From Paramicrosporidium saccamoebae KSL3 (Eukaryota > Fungi > Cryptomycota): a stretch of 32,000 nt of DNA. A model generated the notes under the pieces. The model ran no database searches. It was given only the letters and a program-made list of their open reading frames with translations, and had not been told where the DNA came from. Both the position numbers and the translations under genes were made by a program. The DNA lies in NCBI GenBank assembly GCA_002794465.1, contig MTSL01000072.1, forward strand, positions 50,035 through 82,034, read 5' to 3'. Below are positions 19,244 through 30,400 of this stretch, one piece after another (the first letter of the stretch is position 1; every line of letters begins with the position of its first letter).

Positions 19244-22200
19244 TTACAGTTTATTATTGCTTCGCAGAGAAAGACTCGATTCCGACCGGGTCAATGCAGA
19301 ATATTCTGATGACAGCGTGCTGGACATGGATTCGGCGTCTGCGGGTCTAGGACGCGGCGTCGTGAATGTCGCCAAATCACTCTTAACCTCATCGGCACTT
19401 GCGTGTCGACTATGAGTCTTCTTCCTTCCCGCCTGGACCGTACGGATTGTATCAGAGAAGCTTCTAAAGAACTGGTCCAGAATTAAAAAGAGCTCTTCAG
19501 GCCGCCTGCCGTTGGTCTCCTCTCCCAGATATTCGGCGGTCTTATGCCATGACTCTTTGAGAAGCGTGGCCAATTTACCGAGCCGATCTAGCTCAGTGGC
19601 TGCGCGGGCGATAAACACTTTTTGGGCACCGCGGAAACTCTCAACCTGGCTTGGCTCATCATCAGCGAGCTGCAACTCGCAGATTTTTCGATACGCAGCG
19701 GCAATCTCCTCAATGTGGGTCAGAATCGCAGCCGTTTCCCAATGACGAACGACACTTAAGTCTGCAAAATCCGCTGGTAAATTTAAGACTTCTTGATTAC
19801 GTTCTTCGAGGGACGTGATGAGATATTGAAGGAGATTGGTCTTTTTATCGGCGCTCTTTACATCCTGCAACTTTATCAAACTTTCCATCTTGAATCCAAG
19901 CGCCTTTCCTCGGACTCGCACATGGGCAGCAACATGGCCATAATCATAATTGGCGAGGTTTCCCAGCTCAAGGACAGCCCTAAGAAGAGTCTTTAAGGAG
20001 GGCGATTCGCGGATCTTCGTCAAAAGACCAATGATGAGCATCAGTTTGTTAGTGGCAGTTTCAATCTCGCTATCAAATTGTCTTTCAAATATCAATGCAT
20101 CTACCATCCATGTAAGGTGCGGTTCTTTGGCCGCCAGAAGCATAAACTTTTCTGCCGTTCCCAACTCACTGACAGGACCTTTGTACAAAAGTAAAGCGGG
20201 GCGCTCCTCTATGGTCGGCATCAAAGGCCTCATTGTCAGAAGATCGTCCAAGGAAAGAATCGTCATTTGACGTGAGGTGATTGCCTCGATGATTTCAACA
20301 TCAGAAAGACGCTTATAGAACCTGGAGAGACCAATGCCCACATTATTAACCCTCCGAAGATCGAGGATACTCACCACTGGTTTTGCTGGATTCTTTCCAG
20401 TCTGCTCCAGATTAACACTTTTCTTCTCTCCGGCGTCGATGCAGAACAATTCTTCAAATTTGTGAACATCCAACATTTGCGGATCATAGTCGGGAAGCTG
20501 TTCCAACAATTCTAGCCACACGGTATTTCGAAGTCTGTGCTTGTCCTTGAGCTCTTCCCAATGAAGCTTATTCCTAATCTTGGGCTTTTGCAAACCATCA
20601 CTCGTCCCTTCATTATCGCTTGGACTAACAGATCTGCTAGGACCCTTGATTCCCGGAGGTGGCGGAGGGGGTGGTGCTTTGCCTGGGAGCGGTGGAGGTG
20701 GTGGTGGCGGGGGGACATTTCCTGTAATTGGCGGTATCTTGTTCTTGCCAGGCGGAGGAGGGGGCGGAGGAGGAGGAGGGGGTGGCGGAGGAGGAGCTGT
20801 TCCTGAAATTGATAGTGGTAGTGGTGGTGGTGGTGGAGGCGGAGGAGGTTGAACAGGTGCCCCTCCTGGCTTCAGAGATGCCATTTCTGGTTCCAGAGGC
20901 ACCACTTTTGGGATTGGGCACGAAGAAACCATTTCATTTTCTGATGCATCAGTTATCGTAGGAGGTATCGTCATTTCAGGGCTCAGTGGAGATGTCTTTT
21001 GTGCGACATCAACTATCGATCGTTTGACGCTTGATTCTATCGACGCAACAGGTGTAAGTGGTGTAGCAGATAACCCACATTCTTCTGCTGCTATTTGTCT
21101 TGTAACATCGCTCAGAGCACTTCCAGCATCCGATTCGACCTCTTCAAAGATTTCCTTAACCGCAAATCTTTGTTGTCGCCTTTCGGCACCTTTATCTTCC
21201 TTTCTAATTGGTGATTCCGGCTCACGAGAATCTGCACAAACGTTAGCAATCGTGTTCGAGGTAGAATCAACTCTTTGGTGGCCTGTACGCATCTTGTCGT
21301 ACTTTAACTTGCCCAAGCTGATGAGCTCCTTGTCTAGCGAGTCATAAAAGGGCGTCTTTGTCAGCAACGACAGTAGTTCATGGGCTGAATGAATGTCATT
21401 ATTCCTCAGTTGCAAGGCCAGTCTTGAGAAAAACTTTCGATGCCCCTGGAGCTCTAATGGCTGGATCAAGAGGGGATCAGGGCGCACAGCATGAAATTGC
21501 GACAGTTTCAGTAAACTCTTGGCTCTACTCCGAATAGTCACATTTTCGTAAGACACTTGCTTCAATTCTTCCTCCATCGGGGTGACAATAATGTCCACTG
21601 AAAATTCTGTTGAAAATCGTGAAACGTTTTGCCCCTTCAGGCCACCCGTTGCAGGCACCGGACTTGAGAAGGGAATTTCCATATCGCTAGGTCTCAACCG
21701 AATCAGGCCTGGAGCAACAAAACCAGTATTAAATACCAAGTTAAGGATTGTCATGTTCTGAGCAGATTGTTCATTGTGATGATAAATCCTAATCTGGACA
21801 TCTCGATCAAGTACAAGATTCTCCAGCCGAAAAACCACATGATTCAGGTCTTTAAGGACCAGCGGATTGTAATCCTGGATGGGTAATTGTTGAAGAGTCA
21901 TCGATATCTGCAATTCTTTGACAAGCTCATCATCTTCAAAAGTATCTGCCTGGACATCCTCGGCTGATGACTTTCGTGATTTTGATGCCACTGACAGTGT
22001 CCTCATTGAGGAACTGATTCCCGCGTCAATTTCAGCTTGCCGAACCCGACTGGAATAGATCAGTTTCCCATTCTGGTAGACTTCAATTCCTGGATTGCAG
22101 CTCCCGTCACCATCAAAGTTTGGCACCGTGTTCAGGATGACTTGATGGAGCTGCAGCGGCAGCGGATTGGGAACACGCCCATTAAGGATGAGAACATCAT

Positions 22201-22780
22201 TAAAATATCTGAGATACCGGCGTAGTGTGACAGTGACCCACGCTGAACCACCGGGACTCCGCTTCTGCACAAAATATTCAAAGCTTTCATAAGTCGAGTC
22301 GAAAAGCTCACAATACCGCAGAAAACAGGCCACAGCCAATCCTGAGCGTCCCAACCCATTCTTGCATTGGACGACGGCAACATGCTGTGTGTCCATTGAG
22401 AGCCAGGCAATCATTGAGCGACAGACATTGAACAGCGTCTTTAGTGAGGGCGACAAGGCGCGACTGAGTGAAAAGTTCATGACTTGATTCCGAAATGGCG
22501 TAGTGTCATACTGTGTGTCTGGTGAACCCAAATTCCAAATGACATAATTCCTGCCATACCGGGTGTTAAGAAAGGTGGCCATATCGCTGACATTGTTACG
22601 GTGTGAGCCTTTATCAGTGCGATGACTCCAGCAACGTCCCATCACCAGCATTCGGTCCGAAATGCGCGTCACGTCCAAGTCGCAGTTCAGCTGGGTGTCA
22701 GTCTCGGCAAGGAAGGCTTCGAGGTTTTCGGTTGTCTGGCTGAAGCCAGTGCGTCCGGAGAGGTCGAGTTGGCTGCCCAT
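19244..22780 (-). CDS. Formin with N-terminal PTEN-like phosphatase and C2 domains, FH1 polyproline region and FH2 domain
   Basis: First ATG at 22780; the ORF is open from 22882. LDVTRISDRMLVMG, VAVVQCKNGLGRSG, YLRYF and C2-like NLVFNTGF; four poly-Pro tracts; FH2 motifs KLHWEEL, ILDLRRVNNVGIGL, VLELGN, GFKMESLIKLQDVKS and LLQYL. Confidence 0.9.
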   Translation of the reverse strand: MGSQLDLSGRTGFSQTTENLEAFLAETDTQLNCDLDVTRISDRMLVMGRCWSHRTDKGSHRNNVSDMATFLNTRYGRNYVIWNLGSPDTQYDTTPFRNQVMNFSLSRALSPSLKTLFNVCRSMIAWLSMDTQHVAVVQCKNGLGRSGLAVACFLRYCELFDSTYESFEYFVQKRSPGGSAWVTVTLRRYLRYFNDVLILNGRVPNPLPLQLHQVILNTVPNFDGDGSCNPGIEVYQNGKLIYSSRVRQAEIDAGISSSMRTLSVASKSRKSSAEDVQADTFEDDELVKELQISMTLQQLPIQDYNPLVLKDLNHVVFRLENLVLDRDVQIRIYHHNEQSAQNMTILNLVFNTGFVAPGLIRLRPSDMEIPFSSPVPATGGLKGQNVSRFSTEFSVDIIVTPMEEELKQVSYENVTIRSRAKSLLKLSQFHAVRPDPLLIQPLELQGHRKFFSRLALQLRNNDIHSAHELLSLLTKTPFYDSLDKELISLGKLKYDKMRTGHQRVDSTSNTIANVCADSREPESPIRKEDKGAERRQQRFAVKEIFEEVESDAGSALSDVTRQIAAEECGLSATPLTPVASIESSVKRSIVDVAQKTSPLSPEMTIPPTITDASENEMVSSCPIPKVVPLEPEMASLKPGGAPVQPPPPPPPPPLPLSISGTAPPPPPPPPPPPPPPPGKNKIPPITGNVPPPPPPPPLPGKAPPPPPPPGIKGPSRSVSPSDNEGTSDGLQKPKIRNKLHWEELKDKHRLRNTVWLELLEQLPDYDPQMLDVHKFEELFCIDAGEKKSVNLEQTGKNPAKPVVSILDLRRVNNVGIGLSRFYKRLSDVEIIEAITSRQMTILSLDDLLTMRPLMPTIEERPALLLYKGPVSELGTAEKFMLLAAKEPHLTWMVDALIFERQFDSEIETATNKLMLIIGLLTKIRESPSLKTLLRAVLELGNLANYDYGHVAAHVRVRGKALGFKMESLIKLQDVKSADKKTNLLQYLITSLEERNQEVLNLPADFADLSVVRHWETAAILTHIEEIAAAYRKICELQLADDEPSQVESFRGAQKVFIARAATELDRLGKLATLLKESWHKTAEYLGEETNGRRPEELFLILDQFFRSFSDTIRTVQAGRKKTHSRHASADEVKSDLATFTTPRPRPADAESMSSTLSSEYSALTRSESSLSLRSNNKL

Positions 22781-22958
22781 GAGACTACTGGACAGTTGCG
22801 AGAGAGACGAGGAGAGACGATGAAGAAACGCAGACACTGTCACTGCGTGCAGGCAGGTTGGAGGCCCAACCCTAGTGGACAAATCAACGCGCTTGTATTT
22901 GAATGGCCAACACAGGATCGTCTATATAGGCCTGTAACTATTTACTAATATGTCCCTA

Positions 22959-24447
22959 CTACAAGATCATGGTGACGGGATCTTCCATATACTTTTTAAA
23001 GAACTGCAGCCAATGGGCGCCAGTGGCACCGTCCACCGCCCGATGGTCGCAGCTCATAGTCACAGTCATCATCTCTGCTGCCACGGCGTTTCCCTTTTCA
23101 TCTGACACTATGCGCCGCTCAGTCCCTCCAACTGCCAAAATGCAAGTCTGGGGGGGATTGATGATGGCTGTGAAGTGTTTGATACCAAACATGCCCAAGT
23201 TGGAAATGGTAAAGGAGCCGCCTTGGTACTGGTCTGGACGCAGTTTGTTGGCACGTGCCTTGGCCACAAGATCGCGCATTTCCTTGGAGATGGACAGGAG
23301 GCCTTTGAGCTCGGCACGGGGAACAATCGGAGTTATCAGACCCGCCTCAGTGGCCACGGCGACAGAAATGTCAGCAGTGGAGAATTGTCGGATAAAGGAG
23401 CCATGCCAGGCACTGTTAACCTCGGGCACATCGCTCATTGCCCGAGCAGAGGCCTTGATGATGAAATCGTTGACTGAGATCTTGTACTCTCCCGTTCCCT
23501 TTTGGTTAAACCGGGCACGCAGCTTTGTAATATTCTCCATGTTAATGTCAATCGTCAGGTAATAATGCGGGATTGACTGTTTCGATTCAGTCAGACGTTG
23601 TGCAATCACCTTGCGCATATTGCTCAATGGAATATCGACATATTCAGTCCCCGGTGTTGTCGACTTGGCCGGAGTGGCTCTGGCCTCAAGAACATCGGAT
23701 TTTACTATTCTTCCATCAGGTCCAGAGCCAGTAATTCCCGAAAGATCCACGCCCATAGTCTTGGCGACGCTTTTGGCAAGAGGAGAGGCAATTACCCTAC
23801 TTCCAGTTTGTGGAGGACTAGATTCTGGAGCTGGAGATGTTGAAACAGTTTTGGCCTTTGATGTTTCTTGCACATCAGCCTTTTCTACCTTTTCTACCTT
23901 GTCCGCCTTGTCCGCTTTGTCCACCTTTTCCGACTTGGCATCATCAGTGGCCTCGGCTTTAAAGTTTTTGAATTTGTCAACATCCTCCTTCTTCTGCACA
24001 ATGATAGCCAACGGTCTTCCGACCTCTGCCTCTTTCGTTCCCTCCTCCATCAGGATTTTTGCGAGAAAGCCTTCCTCTTGGCATTCAAATTCCATCTGCG
24101 CCTTGTCTGTCTCAATTTCTACCAACACGTCACCCGGGTTGACAGGGTCGCCCGGCTGTTTCTTCCATGCACCAATGTTTCCCTGCGTCATTGTGGGCGA
24201 GAGGGCGGGCATGTTTATCATGTTATGTGCTGGGTATTCTGAAGAATGATTAGGGACGCAAGGTAAGTACTTGCAGAGGCAAAAAAGCGGAGCGGGGTGA
24301 CATTTCCATAAAAATAGGGCTTACTTGCTCCCTTCCTTATGACGCCCTTGAAAATCTAAATTCAGCACCATACTAGTCTGCTACTGTGGCCCCAGACTTC
24401 CGACTGAGACTGGCACGGAACACTTTGAGGACGACTCCAGCCACCAT
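22959..24447 (-). CDS. LAT1: Pyruvate dehydrogenase E2, dihydrolipoamide acetyltransferase, 475 aa, 3 exons
   Basis: Exons 24447-24385, 24355-24271 and 24238-22959; introns of 29 and 32 nt. Presequence-like N-terminus, lipoyl motif MPALSPTM...ETDKA, E3-binding ASPLAK...GSGPDGRI, catalytic DHRAVDG. Confidence 0.95.
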
Positions 24448-24497
24448 CCCCGCTTAATTACAAATAAAGTTATTGATAAACACCACGTCATCTATTA

Positions 24498-24959
24498 TTA
24501 CAACGGCTTGAAGATCTGGGCCTCCTTTAACTGTTCCAGTTTCCGCTTATCCTCCTCAAACTTTCTCCTCAGCTCGTCCAACTGTTGCGTGCGTTGGGAA
24601 CGGGCCGAGAACTTGTAAAAGTTGGGCAATATTTTGGGCTCTTTTGCGTCGGGTGCAGAGGGTTCACTGCTATCGAATACTTTTGGTTTCTTGCTGACCA
24701 CCGTCATAAAACCATCCTCATCAGGTCCGTCGGCCTTGGCCAGCATCTCCTCGCGATGCTTGCGCTCAGTTTCTTCATATGCCTCCATCTGTTCATTCAC
24801 CTGTTCTTCAAAATCATCCAGCGGCCTTCGGTCTGCAAAATATGCTCGTATGTATTCTATATATCAGCAGAGACGACCTTGATAGTTACTTATCAATACA
24901 GAATTGTCTGTGGACGCGTCTTGTTCAGCAAGTCGTGCAGTCTGTCTCTTCTTTGCCAT
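24498..24959 (-). CDS. RRP7: Ribosomal RNA-processing protein 7, C-terminal domain only, 142 aa, 2 exons
   Basis: Exons 24959-24890 and 24856-24498; 33-nt intron. PDEDGFMTV, NFYKF, LDELRRKFEEDKRKLEQLK and FKPL match the Rrp7 C-domain. Confidence 0.82.
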
Positions 24960-25197
24960 TTTCAGTTTCCAGGGTAGCCCAAGCCTAAGTGTTTGCGAAC
25001 GAGTCTGTCCATAGACCAGTGTTAAGCGTTAAGTGTTAAATAGCACCCTCCCATGATTGGTGCCCTTGATCCAGACAGCTGTCCTATAATTCAAATCAAT
25101 AACTTACAATACAGATAAGTGGCTCACAATCCAGATGTATCACATCTTTTAATAAAGAAATAATCCCTTTCAACTAATAGGTTCACTGTTACAAATT

Positions 25198-26620
25198 TCA
25201 CAGTGCTTTATTTAGTAAATCTTCGATATCTTCTACCTCCCGGGGGACAGCGGCCGTCAAGTTAATACATCCAGTGTCGGTTAAGACGAGATCGTCTTCA
25301 ATACGAATACCAATGCCATGAAACCGCGTCGGATACTGTTCTTCTGCTGGTACATATAAACCAGGCTCAATAGTGATGGCCATCCCCGACCTCAGTTGTT
25401 CATCATAGCTGATGCTGGGACAGTCGTGTAAATCTAGTCCAATGTAGTGCCCAATGCTGTGGGGAAAGAGCCTGTGAACACATTTCTGCGGATTGGCGAA
25501 TCCAAGAGCGCCGAGCTCATCTATAAACAGTACAGTTGCCACGCTATTCAGAGCATTTAGGCTCAGATCGGGGAATTGCGGCCATTTGGATACGGCCTGT
25601 ATGCAACGCTGCTGGGTCCTCAGAACGGCTTCATATAATTCTCTTTGAGCAGCAGTGAACCTACCGGAAATGGGCCATGTGCGTGTAATATCGCTGCAGT
25701 AACCATTCACCTTGGCGCCGGCATCCATAAGGACCATTGAATCGCTCTCAATTAAACGGTCGTTTCTGACGTAGTGGATAATGTTTGCCCTGTCTCCACC
25801 AGCCACTACAGGGACGTATGCTAGTCCAGATGCGCCGCCAAGTTTCGCCTCGAATTCCATCTTGGCTGCAAGACTGGATTCCTGACGGCAACCTTTACTC
25901 CATCTCATCGTCTCGCGAAACGCGTCTGCCCCCACTTTGCCAGCATTCTGCATCAAATTTTGCTCCAAGGGCGACTTGATTAGTCTTTGCTGGTGAAGAA
26001 TATCTTTTACAGGCTTTGCCCCTTCAACAATATCGATGCAGGAATTCTCGTCAATATCGACCAAGTGTGGCCTTTTCAGTTTTAGAAACTCTCGAAGCAT
26101 TTGAAAGGGCCGAGACTACAAATCATGTGTTTGGCGGAATTGGTACCTCTTGGATTCCAAAATGGTTCTTGACCGCGGCATGATCGGCACGTGGACCGGA
26201 CCAAAGCAGAGAATGCTCGTCATTTCCCTCGATAAACAGGGTCTCTGACACAGTGCCCTCTGAATCCTTTTCCATAACCAACGCCGAGTTGGGCTCCTCG
26301 AAACCTGTCAAATACAGCAAGTTGTTATTTTGTTGATAGGGATAGCTAGTCATGAGCTAGCAGACGGTAGGGATACAAGATATTCAAGCTAGAGTAGCGA
26401 GTCTTGTATGCAGGAATCACGGCCACTGTATTTGGGGGCAAGGCTTTCCCAAAGCGCCGTCTCCGTTGTTGAAACTCTTCACGTGTTAGACCCGATGTCA
26501 CTGACAATTAGCCCAACAGTGTGAAATACCGTGCCCTGCCTCCACCAGATGCGGATGCGTCCTGTGATACGGCTGTCCTATGGCTTTAGCCATGGACGAC
26601 ATACATCTAGTCACACTCAT
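25198..26620 (-). CDS. ICP55: Mitochondrial Xaa-Pro aminopeptidase / intermediate cleavage peptidase (Icp55/XPNPEP3), 443 aa, 4 exons
   Basis: Exons 26620-26530, 26500-26377, 26345-26147 and 26115-25198; introns of 29, 31 and 31 nt. GQPYHRTHPHL, LLYLTGFEEP, DAG, SDITRTWP, HSIGHYIGLDLHD, TIEPGLY and GIRIEDD. Confidence 0.92.
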
Positions 26621-26648
26621 TGCTAAAGAAATTGTTTTTTATTCACAC

Positions 26649-27254
26649 TTAGGAGGGCAATTCGGGAACCGGAACCTGGATGTACTCTTGCTCTCCACAA
26701 TTCTCCCACCACGCCGGAAGAATGCGAATAAGCAGCGCCACATGCAGGGTCAAGACGACACCGAGACCAACGGCCGAGTGGTAGAAACAACGGTCGTAGG
26801 GCATTCCAGAGACGTAGAGATGCAATCCGTAGAATCCGTATACCAATCCACCAAGATACACCACCAGTCCAGATAGACGATGCAACTTTTGAAGTGCCGG
26901 TCGGGCATTTCCTCCATCATGTGGAACAAAGAAGATCCACAGACCAGCCAATGCCTGAAGCAGGATCAGTGCATCAAGAACCATGCCAAGTAGCTGATGG
27001 GGTCCTACGAAGCGGGGGTCGGTGATTGAATGGGCCATGACTGCAGCGGAGAGGATAGTTGCGGTGGCCGCTACCATGATGATAGCGTGGTAGTAGTGCC
27101 AGTTGGTACAGTGCTTTCTTCCCACTGTGCCTACCCAGATGCCTGCGGGTACAAGTACAAGCCAGCCAATAGCCATCATAATGGCATGGGTGGCGATCAT
27201 AGCTGCCTGATCAATCAACACTGTGTTCACGGTCACGATAGTTGCGCTGTTCAT
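26649..27254 (-). CDS. Cytochrome b561-family membrane protein, 201 aa
   Basis: First ATG at 27254. Four His at heme-ligand positions (THAIMM, YYHAII, GPHQLLG, KLHRLSG) in hydrophobic helices. Confidence 0.82.
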   Translation of the reverse strand: MNSATIVTVNTVLIDQAAMIATHAIMMAIGWLVLVPAGIWVGTVGRKHCTNWHYYHAIIMVAATATILSAAVMAHSITDPRFVGPHQLLGMVLDALILLQALAGLWIFFVPHDGGNARPALQKLHRLSGLVVYLGGLVYGFYGLHLYVSGMPYDRCFYHSAVGLGVVLTLHVALLIRILPAWWENCGEQEYIQVPVPELPS

Positions 27255-27400
27255 GACTTTGCGTCGCACACCCCAAACCGGCGCTTTTATCTCTTGTTTT
27301 CGTGTTTGAAGAACGATTGGCTGAACCTGCCGCTGTTGCACAAAGGACCAATGGCGCAAAATACATGATTTAATTGGTGGAATTTGGTGGAATGTACAAG

Positions 27401-30400
27401 CTAATTAGATGAGGGCGAATCAGGAGGCGGAGAGTGTTCTTCCAAAAGAATAGGGAGCGGAAGCTGTTTTGGCGTCACTGCCGATTCTATTGGTGACTGC
27501 ATTCCCACTGACGATCCCACCGAGTTGGACCGCATCTTGTGTCGTCCAGCGAGTGGTTTGGGATACACCTAGAAATAAAGACTAGTAACAAATCATACCA
27601 CGTAGAGATGCTCGGGATTGGGCAGGCCTTTGAGATGAGTCAGACCCAGATCGAAAATTGCAATATCAGGTCGCTCCTTTTCTGACATCCTCATATACAT
27701 GTCCCGGATGGTGTCGGTAATGTGAATTTGTCCTCCATCGGCAAGTGCACTCACCCTCGCCGCAATAATCATGTGAACGCCATGGTAATCCATCCGACGG
27801 GCAACCTTGTCTTCCTCATCATCGGTCATTCCGAAATGGATTCCCATTCTGATAGAGAGTCCTCGATAGAGGAGACTGCCATCAGAGTCGTAGACAGGGG
27901 CGGCAACGGGAGAGTTGAGAATCTCACGGGGCCAATCATTCTCAATAAACTGCTGCTGGACAGCCACACAGAATCGGAGGGCATTGATTCCGGACTGGAA
28001 GGCCACTACAAAGGCGTCGCCTTCAGTTTTGACCTCATATCCTCCATGGATCCTCATTAGTCGACGCATACTGTTATTATGCTGTCTAGTGGCCACTCTC
28101 ATGGCGTTGGGAAGCATCGACCAAAGTTTGGTGGATTCTTTAATGTCGGTAAATACAAATGCACAGGGAGGCTTTGGAGGAGGGATCTCATCCTCCAAAC
28201 GCGACAGAACCTGATCATCGAACATGTCACGACGGAAGGCATTGCGTCTCCGTTCCGCCACTGCTGCTCCACCTTCGTGTTGGGTGGTGATGCCACGGAA
28301 ATCCACAAACATAATCTTCATGCTGTCTGCCACCCCGCGAGCAATTGCCATGTCTCGAAGCTTCTGTACTGCAACATCCGGATCCGATCTCTCTTTCCGG
28401 GCCACATCCACCGCCATCTGATAAGACATTACCTGCCAGAACGAATTGGTCGCAATGAGAACAAACTCGTCTGTGGGACCCAGCAACACTTCATTAATAC
28501 TTGGATTGGCGTTCACGTAGGGAAGCAAATGGTGGTTTCCAAATGCCCTTGTTATAGGCATGTCGCCTTCAACTTGGCCCTGTAGCGAAATGAAGCCACC
28601 GAGAACCCTAATTCTCTTCTGTTCCCCTCTGGCCCAGGGATGATGTTTGGTTGTCAGAACGTATGCTGTTCCTTCACGTGAAAGCACAGCCATTGTGTCG
28701 CCGACATTGGCAATGAGCAGTTGATTTTCCAAGAGATATAAAAGACAAGCTGTCGACCATCTGCACATGTCTATTGGTTGGGTGCTCAGATCGCGGTTGG
28801 TGGACAAGAAGGCCCTTCTGATTGCTGTGGAGAATTCTTCACCTTGACGCAACCGTCGCAATTCTAGCTTGAGATTATCCGCGAGGGTATCGTTGAGGTA
28901 GGAGGAGACAAAGTCGTGGCCACGACCATCAAACAATCCAACTAAATGATCCTTCTCCTGGCCCATATATGTGCGTATCACAAATTCAGCCAAATCGAAA
29001 ATGATCTCTCTCCCACAGTACTCGGCCACGGCAACCTTTAGTCCTCCTTGTTCTTCAGACATGCGTGTTTGCAGATTGGTCATGTCGTCGGGAAGACATA
29101 ACGGTGACACTTGGACATTGGTGAGATCCAAGAGACGGAGCTTGTTCATTGACTTGAAATCTGTCAGCGTCCTCTCGAGCGGAGTGTTGGATTGCTGTCC
29201 AAAATTTGCCTTGATCTCTAGTTTCCGGTTGTTGGCCAAATTCAAGTACTGGAGAGCCGAGTTAAAGTTCCAGTTCCAGTCGTACGGCCAATTTGAAATA
29301 TTGTACTTTAGGACATTGGACTGCACGTCAAATACGGCGAGCTCCTCGTTCTTTCCTAGCTCTGCTGGCAGATTTGCCAGCTTATTGCCATTAATAAACA
29401 GCATCCTGACGGAACGACAGCGGTCCACAGCTTCGGGGAAGGAGGTGAGTCCATTTCCGGACAGATACAGTTCAACAAGCTTTGGCATGTCTCGAAGAGT
29501 ATCGTCCAAGTCAAATAGTCGGTTATACGAAAGATTCAGCACCCGGAGTTCTGTGAATAGCTCAATGACGTTTCCTACCGTGTCGGCAAGACGGTTATCA
29601 GCAGCCAAGAATTCTTCCAGACATTGTCTAAGAGGAGGCGCCTCTAATCCATAAGGTGGCTCTGGAAAAGAGGTCAGAAAGTTGGAGCTCACATTCAGCA
29701 TCCGTAATGCGGGAGCTTTCCAAATATCAGCAGTGATAGTGCGAATATTGTTTGTGTGGAGTTGCAGATACGATAGCTTTTTAAGCTGGGCAAAGTGCAA
29801 ATTAATCTCGACAATGCTATTGCTGTGAGCAGTCAGACACTCCAAATTGGTAAGCTGATTAATCGATTGGGGCAATTTGGTGAGCTCGTTCTGCTGAATT
29901 CCCAGAATTTCCAAGTTGCTCATGTACGTGAAAATGTCATCTGGGAGAGATACAATCTTGCTGCAGGACAGGTTTAGTCGTTTGAGACCGTACATGAAAT
30001 CAGTAACATTCATCCCAGTTAGGGCGTTGTTGGCACAACTGAGGCTGTTGACATGCGGCCAACGAGGACAGGAAATGTCAGACAGATTATTGTGGTCGAG
30101 GGATATTTCGTAAAGTGAGGTAATCTTGTCTAAACCCTCGGTCTTATACAGCAAGTTTCCACGAATGTCCAGTTGTCTCAGATGAAGCAGCTGCTGTATA
30201 CTCGGATTCAACGATTCGATTGCATTCCCAACAAGGATCAAGCTGCGTAAAAAGCTGAGGTTGGTTATTTCTTCTGGAACCGTAGTGATTCTATTGAATG
30301 ATGCATTAAGTTCTCGGAGATCCTTCATTCCCCAAATGCAGGGACTCAACTCGGCAAGATAATTACTAGACACATCGAGACACCTCAACGTCTTTAGTTC

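Noticed and set aside
20580-20852. Gly-rich plus-strand ORF
   Set aside because: It is the antisense shadow of the formin FH1 poly-Pro tracts.
23870-23930. 9-bp repeats in the LAT1 linker (KVDKADKADKVEKVEKAD)
   Set aside because: Ordinary low-complexity variation in the flexible E2 linker.
28300-29000. Degenerate metal ligands in the PP2C-like domain of CYR1 (ATNSFW, DSMKI)
   Set aside because: A non-catalytic PP2C-like domain is already typical of fungal Cyr1, so this is not novel.
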